This document shows positions 53,073 to 64,000 of a stretch of DNA of 64,000 bases, one piece after another. Every line of letters starts with the position of its first letter. The first letter of the stretch is position 1. Source of the stretch: Bugula neritina (lineage: Eukaryota; Animalia; Bryozoa); the NCBI GenBank assembly GCA_964035545.1, contig OZ037766.1, forward strand, positions 29,452,640 to 29,516,639, written 5' to 3'. The notes under the pieces were generated by a model. It did no database searches and was not told the DNA's origin. It saw only the letters and a program-made list of their open reading frames with translations. Made by a program: the position numbers and the translations under genes.

Positions 53073-56000
53073 CATAAAATTTTATTTTTTTCTATTAACT
53101 AAATGCCTGTGTTTCAAAGTTAGAACTTCATTATAGATTATAATTGCTTTAAATGTACAATAATGGTATAGAAAGAGATGTTGTGTTAATCAGGGTTATT
53201 ATAAAACAAAAAAATTAACCTTCCCCCCTCATCCAAGATGAAAGCTCAGAGAATCCACACTATGGCAATACAAATTGATATGAATTGATTTTGTAAAAAG
53301 TTCACAACATATAATATAGTATTTACTGTTGCATGGTTTAATCAGATGAAAAATATGGTCTCTTATAATATAATTTTTAATTTGCCTTATTTTAAACTCT
53401 TAGTGATACCAGCAATTATCACTTTCGAAAATATTTTTGTGATAATTTCAATTCCAATCTTTGACAGACAGAAGCACTGAACCACTGACTGATGTGATAA
53501 ACTCTAAACCAATTACAAGAGTGCCAAGGTGTGGAAAAAGAAAAATATTTACTCTATCAGAAGAAAATGATTAGTAATTATAATAATTACTTGGTTTTAT
53601 ACGCCATGTCTGGTCATTTAGGCTTTTAAAATTGTTTAGGCTTTCAAAATAGTAATGTGATTCTTTCTTGCATTATATTTTTACACAAAACGGTAGTAAT
53701 AAAGAACACTTTTATTATAGTTCTACAATTCAAGCTGTTTTGTGTTATCCATATTATTTTCATATTTTTTCCTTATCAAAAAAATAATGTTAGGTACAAT
53801 ATGTTTATAAATAATACCTTAGGTAAATGCTAAAAGTCGTTATATATATAATATCAGTTATTTTACAAACTTTACAGTTTGATTGGTTGATTTTGAAGCG
53901 TTTAATTGCTTTTTTATTACACTCTCAAACTCTCTGCGAGAAATAATTTTACTTTTTATTGTTGATAATATCAACTTTGTTTTGGCGACTGCGGGAAGTA
54001 ATTTTATATACTTTATGCTAAACCAACAGTATGCTGTGTTAATTTAGCATCACCTAAACTACAAATAAAGCTAATAGAACTTGTAGAAAAATCTTTCTAT
54101 TAAGATGTTGACTTTATGCTGTTAATTCTTAAAACCTAAAAAGAAAATATGCTGTCCTTCATAAAATGGCAGTATAATATAAACCTAATAATCAATTTAT
54201 CAATTTTCAACAAATATAATTTAATATCTAAAATGATATAAATTTATATTTTTATAGCAATAGAGTCCTATTAGCAAATAAAATTAAATATATGACCATT
54301 TTGAGTTATTAAAAAAAATCATTTAGCTATTTTTCATTCTATTTATATAACATGAAGTTTTAAAAAAAATAGTTTTTCAAGTATATAATTTGATGCCTTT
54401 CTTATATATACATAACACCAATAATATATACATACATATGTACGTTATCACTATATTATATTGTAAATTTACATTTATACTTACATGAAAAATTTAAATA
54501 AAGGATAAAATGTTTATAATTGAAAAATTGTTTTGTGTAGCTACTCAAGCTATCTTTTAAAAATATACCTTAATTCTTTTTAATTTTAAGAAATTCCAAC
54601 TTTCAAACTACAATTCATTTACATGTACATAATACCTATTATGTTTTAGCTGTTAACTTGCAAATTATTACTTGCGCATGAAGCTATTTCATGCATAATT
54701 ATATTATATTAAATTTCATATCATTCCAGCATAGCACACATTTTATTCAATGAATTTAGATATTAATGTGTCTATTTATAACATTACAATGTATTTCCAA
54801 TTATTTATTGACTTATTTTCTACACTATAATGTAGGGAGGGGCGAAAGGTGCTGTCTTTGCATCCAATGCGTTAAACAGGGTAACTTAAAGCATAGCTTC
54901 ACCTTAATATAGTTACACGTAAAAACACAGTCCTGTACAAAAAGGTAAATTCATGCAATTGATATTAAGCTCAGCATCAGTTTCTTCTACATGTTATACA
55001 CATGGTTTATTGTGCTCTATACCCGACCAAACAAGCACCAATGTACATATGCACATTGGTGCTTGTTTGGTCGGGTATAGAGGCAATAAACCATATAAAC
55101 CATATAGTAAAACCGTACTTGCTAATTGTTGTTTATTACACAAATGCACTACAATCCCTAGAAATAAGTTAAAATTTTGTAGACAATACACATACAGAAA
55201 CTGCAATAAGTAACAATAAAGTCGTACAATAATGTAACAGTCGATATTATACATACTAAGCAAGTATTTTAAGCACGACTGAGAATGTTGGAGTTGTTCT
55301 TCCTCTTTGCAAAGGATTATTCCGCGAATAGAAAGCTGTTCGTAGATTAAACTGTGAATTTTGATAACGAGCGGGGGGTAATCAATGTTTAAGGACTGCC
55401 TAGTATGAAGGATCTACGCAGAGGTCATGTTTGAAATAATTATAACTTCTATGACTATTACGAATATCACTATCAGTACGAGTATGAGTATCGCTGTATC
55501 AGTATGAGTATGAGTTTGTATGATATGATTTCACTGTGGCTATAATAATAGCCACAATACTCCTAGTAATAATAAGCAGCGCTCAAGTTCAAATAAATGT
55601 TATGTATTTTTAATCTTTATCTTGGTGTTGATTTTTTTAAAATCGACGTTAACTTGAACCTCGAAACCATCTTCATTTTGATCTCATGTTTAACTAAATC
55701 TTGAACTATTGATATCATTTACTATAAGTACAACATTAACTTTGAGTGATTAGCTTTAACCTGAGTGTAGCAACTAGCTAGCTTAGCCTTCACTATAAAT
55801 ATAAGTATTAGATATTGATATTATTATTATTATTCTAAGTCTAAGAGTAAGTTTAAGCTATTAAACTCGAGTAAATATACGTATTGCAATTTACATTTAC
55901 TCTCTAAAACTCTCGCTTTTAGTTTTACCTTTTGTTTCATTTATATTAATAACTTTTGTGATTGCCCAGTCTTACTCTTCACATATCGTACTCATTATGA

Positions 56001-56406
56001 CTTTATGCCTTATGGTTATGATGCTCAAACTAACATTTATTAATTTAGTGATTCACTAGTAGTAATACTAATAGTAATATTAATACTAATGATAGGAAAG
56101 TTAAAACCGTTGAATCTAATTTAAATTCACTTCTAGTTCGACTATAACTATAAGTATTAAAGTATAACAATTTTGTATTGGCATAGGTGATAGGATAGGG
56201 GATAGTGATACTGATACTCATACTGTAATTATTTAATTATATATTCATAGGCTTTGGTTTTCGATCCTGCTTAATTAATAAATCAATGTGAGTACCTATA
56301 CGTAAAAGTATATAATATGTTACCAAAGAGTAAGAGCTGTTTTCCCTTTCAAATATACAATCAAGTATATACTAGCAATTCAACTTTTGTTTTAACAATT
56401 CTAGAA

Positions 56407-58977
56407 ATGACAGCAACAGCAGGTACAGGAAATGCCTCCAACAAGTTGCAGGCGGTTCCACATGAAGTGCAGGTTATTCAAGCTGTACTGAAAGATATGG
56501 GTGTGACCGACTATGAACCAGCTGTAGTCAATCAACTCCTTGATTTCACTTACCGTAAGTTTGTGTATCTGAAATGGAGTCTTATTGCACTGAACGCTAT
56601 TAGTTATTTCACAACTGTTCTTCTAAAATTCTGAAATTATAGGCTTTTTCTGAAAGAGACATAAAATGTTTTGGGCTTCCAAATTTATAAGGCCATTTAC
56701 TTTGTTATCATAGCACAATGATTTACAGAGTTTGAACAGTTTTTTTCTCACTTCTGTGGGACTACAGTAGATATACAGCAACTGTTTGCCGAAGTTTTTG
56801 TAAACATTGAGAACTAGCTATATTTTAAAATATTTTAAAACTGGAAACTCCGCTACGCCAATAATTAAATATCAGAAATTTCATGCAATCACAATGTAAC
56901 AATAATTAGACAGTACTAATATAATGTATGCATCATCTCATTGCATGTTATTGAATTTTTTCTACTTCTCATTAATTATAAATTTGTATGTTTCTGTTTT
57001 GTTATTCCACACTTGGTCAATTGCATACATTTTAATTAGTTATTTTACCAGCAATTAGGTGGATATTTGAACGATAGAAGAACTGCTTTAATCACAGGTT
57101 TACTGAGACTATGTACTATAATAGCTGTATACAACTGCTAACCTTCGTTACTCATTCAGGCTACACTACAGACATATTGGATGATGCCAAAGCATTCTCA
57201 GCTCATGCTGGCAAAAAGTCTATTGATGTTGAAGACACAAAACTGGCCGTCCAGCTGAAGTTAGACAAAAGCTACACCAATCCCCCTCCCCGAGAGCTTC
57301 TGTTAGGTAGGTGTAAGCGTTCTAATCTAACAGATTGATGTGTTGGAGGTAAGTATATCCTAAGATCCATGCTACATGCGAGATTTAGACTAGTACTCCT
57401 CAAACATTTTCTCTTGACTATTCCAAGTCAAGGCTTATAGTTTTCTATAGACTTTTTGTTGCCACCTAAAAATTACAAGTTTCATAAGGTCATAGCTAGT
57501 GTTTTTACCTGGCATGTTATATTTAGAGACGGGTACTCTTCCTGTTGCCCACTCTCTGTGTTTTTCCTGGCGTGGGATTATCTGGCTACTTAGCTGGTCT
57601 ACCAAGCAATCAGGTCACATTTCCAAAGTCATAATATATTTAATATAATATGTTGATAGGTTGCATAACCAATAATTGTATATGAGCTTGTGTATCTCTA
57701 CACTGAGAATGGACATGGTTGTTAGACTCGTTTACTATTATTCTAGATGTTGCCACCCACAGAAACAGCCAATCACTGCCTCTCATAAAGCCATACACAG
57801 GCCCCAAGTTGCCACCGGATAGATATTGTCTTTCAGCTATGAACTATCAACTGAGGAATAGTAAAAGACAGGTGCTATCATACAATGTACAACACACTAC
57901 AGGTGGGTGGTGGTTGTAAGTCGTTTAAGGTTAGGTAACACACCAACCTAAATATAATTATATTTATAGCCACATTTCCTGTGAATACTGGGTGTCAGAG
58001 GGGGAGGAGGTTGTAGACCCCCTTTGTCTGATATATGCAGACAAGATGATATTTCATAGTAGCCCATGAAGTATAACAGTGTCCTACTAGTTAGCCAACT
58101 CAATTCATTGGCTCATTGCTGCTCCCTAGAGTTGTTATTACAAGTGGACGTTATAGTTACATGTGACGCCTGCCCCAATGTATGCATACCTCTGTAGAAA
58201 TTGAATAAACTAAGCTCTAAACATTTTCTGTTTCAAGTCATATCGGAGTTGTCTACCCATCTATGGTATTATCTGAAGTATGACTTTGTGTAATTGTTAA
58301 GAATTTATTTCCCATTCAACTCACTTGTGCCTTGTGAACTAATTTTCTTCTTTATTAGATTTGTGTTCTCGACAATGTATTGACTGAGTGTTATTTTAGT
58401 TGGGAGGCAAGTATCTAAGGGCAGTCTGCTATCTCCTGGTGTCTCGTACGTCAACAGACCCGATTCATCAAATGGCCGACAGCCAGCTCTGTATAGGCAG
58501 ACTTCTGTAACAAATACGGGTGGTAGCATTCAGCAGCCTTTTCAAGGTACATACTGACAATCTCAGTCTATGCTCTAGTAAGTCGGCGATAGGCTCATAG
58601 CTTTAGCTTTTCACTCAACTTATGCAGGTTGAATAGAATCAACTGTTATAGTACATAGGCACTGTTTTGGTAATTACTTTTAGACTAAGGCATCTCATCA
58701 ATACTGCACAGTTCTGAAGGTACACCTCACTTTAGTACAATTTTATTATGCTGGATACTCTTTGTGGTAATTCTTTCTGGCAAAAGTAGGTGCTAGAAAG
58801 CTGCATTATGTCGCTATAAATGCCAAGGATTTGGGCAGCCCTTGTTTACCATGTCTCTGCTGAGTTGTCATGTGACTTCTTCACTTCCCTATTCTACAAA
58901 TTTAAATGTTTTTTACAGGTGGGATGATGACTTCAACCCAGTCAGTCAAGCGTAAACTCGACCAAGTTGATGAATAA
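56407..58977 (+). CDS. TAF9: TFIID subunit 9, ~218 aa, 5 coding exons
   Basis: Exons 56407-56554, 57160-57306, 57747-57902, 58400-58546, 58919-58977. Histone fold [60 protein letters not shown]. Candidate 5' UTR exons end at ~55377 and ~56287. Confidence 0.95.
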
Positions 58978-60592
58978 CTCCCTGTCAACTTTCTTTTCAC
59001 CTCTTCATACTACGACCTTGTACAAAGTTCCTCCCTGTTTTGTCTCTCATAGATGTCTGAAATTCAGCAACATAATATAATATGTTGGATTTTGCGACAG
59101 TAAATTGCATAATGTTATCATTATGGGTTTTCTTATCTAGTAGCTTTGCTAAATAAATTATTTAAAGCTACTGTAATGCCACATTTAACTTCGCAAATGC
59201 AGCTAAACTGTCTCCACTAATTTTTAGTTTCTCGCATCTGGATGCTATTCTCTTAAGTCTAAAGCAACCTAGTGCTTTTGCACTACTAAAATGGGATACC
59301 AAGATTATACATGTGAATAAATATATATATAGAATGAATCATGTAATAGCTATGAATGGACTTTTTTATAAGTTAGACTTACTGAAGGATACTAAAACTT
59401 ACAAGATAATAATTATTATAATGATTGTGGAGCATCAAATAGTTTTAGAGACGCGGCTTTAACGCTGGAGTTATTTTCTCAACCAAAAGTTACAATAAAT
59501 AATTTGTAACGCAATAAAATATACACGCTGAAAACAAATGCCCAAACTTTTTGAACGCATTTTGTAGGATACTCAAGAAAACCCGCCGCAAATAATAAGT
59601 TGCATGTTTTGGTTCTCGAGCTACACAGAAAAATGAATGCATCACGGTTTCCTGTTTGTAGTATTACAAGTTTACTACAGAGTGGCATATATATTAGAAT
59701 AATATAGAATGTTAGAATAAATGACACTGGTTAACTATTACAGATGTAAAGCAAAATAAAGCCACTTTTTTACTATTTTTTCATTGTAGTTATGTGCGAT
59801 CTAAGTTTATGATACTGATTGTAATATAAACTATGAGGATGAATTAAATTTATTATGTTTAAAATTACCTATTAGTATTACTTATTACTTATTAGATATA
59901 TAAAATTAAATTTAGTGCTATTACTATTAGTATTAGTATTACCATTAGTATATTAGTATAGTGTTACTAAATCAAATTTAATTGAGTTTTAGTTTATCAT
60001 TCACATTGACAGTGATTGTGATGATGTTCTTGGCTATCATACTCCTAGTGATACCTGTGATCGTTGTAGTCGCTTATAGTTATAATGAATTAGAATATGA
60101 CTTGAAAACATAATTTGACAAAGAACTTTTCAAATGTTACAAACAAGTTTACTACATTTGACATGCAGAATTATAACTGGAATTCGAGATTTGGCTATAT
60201 ATGTTTGTTAAAAGATTTACCATGATATTTTTTCTTTGTGATAAGTTTAAGCATTCAACTAACACTTGAGTCCAACTCAAAGCCTCACACTTCCTAACCT
60301 TTTGCAATGGGTCGAAAATTATTGAGTTTTTATTTCAACATTGGGAATAGGTTTTCAAATATAGCCACCATAATTTTGACATATTTTTCTCAAAGCACCT
60401 AATTTATATAATATTATGTTAGACATATGTTTTAGCGCTTATCAATAATAATTATAAATTTTGGTTGTAGATCCAAAACTAAACAGACATTAAAGAAAAC
60501 AGAGGCTGTAAAGCAGATGATTCTTCACCTCTCATTCGTTTTCCCAATGGAATTTCATCTTTCCTAGCTCTAAGTCGAATTAAGAGTAAAAG

Positions 60593-61273
60593 ATGACAAC
60601 AAATTTAGGCGAATTCGTTCAGAGTAACAAAGACAAATCTTCAATGTCTAGCTCATTGGGTAGTTTCTTTTCGGGAACTTCAGCAAGTGTTGGCACGCTG
60701 TCACAAGGCTTGGGTGATAAGTGGTCAAAATTTACCGCCAAACCCTCTCAACCAGACAGCGGGAAGCTCACAGATTCTACGGAAGATGCTGATGGATGGT
60801 TCACTAAGGCTAAGAGTGATCCCTGCTTGCCCAGTCTTACAAAGAAGCAGCGAATTATTGGCTTCATGCTGTGTTTGTCTCTAGGTCTATTCTGTTTCTT
60901 CCTTTGCTCTCTATACATCCCTGTGCTGATACTTAAAGCCCGCAAGTTTGCCATGTTATACACCATGGGTAGCTTGTTTTTCCTCATGAGTTTCTCTGCT
61001 TTATGGGGGCCTGTTAATCACCTCAAACACTTGTTCTCTGGTGACCGCCTGCTATTCTCCATTGTATATTTTCTCACTATTGGAGCCACTCTGTATTTCT
61101 CAATGTGGAAGCGAAGTCTAATAATGACAATTTTCTGCGCCGTTATTCAAATACTGGCTATGGTGTGGTACATTATAAGCTATATTCCAGGTGGTCAAAC
61201 TGGTTTAAAATTTTTCTCTAAAATATTTTATTCCTTCTCAACTCGAACTGCCTCAGCCGTCTTGCCTGTGTAA
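60593..61273 (+). CDS. SFT2D3: Got1/Sft2-family vesicle transport protein (SFT2C-type), 226 aa, intronless CDS
   Basis: Hydrophilic N-terminal extension, then SLTKKQRIIGF, ARKFAMLYTMGSLF, GPVNHLKHLFS, WYIISYIPGGQTGLKFF, with four hydrophobic segments. Confidence 0.88.
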   Translation: MTTNLGEFVQSNKDKSSMSSSLGSFFSGTSASVGTLSQGLGDKWSKFTAKPSQPDSGKLTDSTEDADGWFTKAKSDPCLPSLTKKQRIIGFMLCLSLGLFCFFLCSLYIPVLILKARKFAMLYTMGSLFFLMSFSALWGPVNHLKHLFSGDRLLFSIVYFLTIGATLYFSMWKRSLIMTIFCAVIQILAMVWYIISYIPGGQTGLKFFSKIFYSFSTRTASAVLPV

Positions 61274-62102
61274 CTATGGATTCATTTGGACAGCTGATTT
61301 ATGGCAACAGATCTCAAATATAAGTACCCTATGTATGTAAATAGAAGTTATTTATTATTTTATATTGTATTGCTTATTGTATTGTATTAGTTTTATTTAT
61401 GTAATATATTCCATTCTTGAAAGAAGTAATTCTGTATTTTTCGTCTTTGTAATCGTATTTACTTCAAATACTTTGCTCCTCCTGACTAAAAGGTCCTTAA
61501 CTCATCTTAGCAATGTTGACAGTTATTGATTTTTCATATAGAATTTTCAGGTCTTCTTAGCTGTCTTTACATCTATCTCACTCTAGCTATGTTCGGTCTG
61601 AGCACAAGACATCTGGGATTTACAATTACACATCACAAACTATGAGAAGTTTTAGTGTCACTATATCTTTGTATGAATAGTTTCTTTTTAATTGTATTTG
61701 CATATTTGTTAGTCTTTTGGTTTTATGAAACAAAAAATAAATGTAAAGGTTTGGCAAACAGTGTTATTGGATATTTGGAATTAAGCAGAAACATTAACAA
61801 GATCATTGAAATAAAAAGCATTTCATATTATATAATATTTTACATTCAAAGAAAAAGTAAACACATAAATATTGTAGCTATAAGTTGACTAATTATTTCT
61901 AAGGAAAAGAAACTAGAAACTGAATTGAAGACTCTTAGTCTTACTATAGGTTTGCTATACTCAAACAAAATAAGTAAATCACTATTGAAAAAGCATGCAT
62001 TCAATTTAGGAAAATTAATATGCTTGATTTCATGTTGCATTAGCTCAGTGGTTAGCAGTTGCAACTTAATTTATGCTTTCAGTCACTCACATTGTGTATA
62101 GT

Positions 62103-63510
<1,408 letters not shown>

Positions 63511-64000
63511 CAATTGGTAATAACAGTATTCATGCAGCTGAAAAGGGCGCATCACAAAGAAATTTCATTAACTGTAAATTTTGCTGTAGAGAATGTTTTA
63601 ACTTTGACCAAACACCTTCAACTATTATCAGCATAATTATATACAATTTATAAATTAACATAATTGATCCAGTTATTACCATAACATTATTCATTGAGAA
63701 AAGCCTGTGCTTTAGCCTTTGAGTAATCAGGCTTATACTTGCTGCAGTGCAATCAGATCATTTAACAAGAATTTATATTGAAACTTGCACCAAGAACACA
63801 TCATATACATTTAGCTTAAACTATGCAAAAATGTTTTTGCCAGCTGAAGACTTCTCTGATTTAAGAATGCTTTGTATATTTCACCAATCAGAATCGGGAT
63901 TTAACAAGTTTTCTGCAGTAAATTAAGTTGTATGCTACGTATATATGTTATCACCCAAATCATGCCTTGATTACCAATTAAGTATAGGATGGCATATAAT

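Noticed and set aside
55300-59200. Shared TAF9/AK6 locus as in mammals
   Set aside because: No adenylate-kinase P-loop exons were recognised near TAF9 in this window.

Overview
AT-rich, intron-rich animal (invertebrate) genomic DNA. There are no prokaryotic features, and the species cannot be determined from this window. I built the gene models by hand from GT-AG exon chains with phase checks; homology calls are from recognised motifs, not searches. In order, the window holds: a possible terminal exon of an upstream gene (+); Golgin-45/BLZF1 (-) head-to-head with CCHCR1 (+); a secreted uromodulin/GP2/OIT3-type D8C-domain protein (+); a 78-aa secreted precursor missed by the ORF track, whose peptide resembles GnRH/corazonin-family peptides (+); a 20-coding-exon TRPC channel (+); TAF9 (+); intronless SFT2D3 (+); and a small Cys-rich membrane protein (-). 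Repeats include a piggyBac-type MITE, a GG-ended MITE with an 8-bp TSD, a 3.2-kb TIR element inside a TRPC intron, a tRNA-Thr-derived SINE family, short hairpin MITEs, a 38-bp minisatellite and microsatellites. The two most interesting signals are the hidden neuropeptide-like gene and a degenerate 6-nt-periodic A[CG]T-NNN tract. The tract occupies the apparent first intron of all four housekeeping genes and also lies inside the TIR element, suggesting a lineage-specific promoter-proximal DNA signature.
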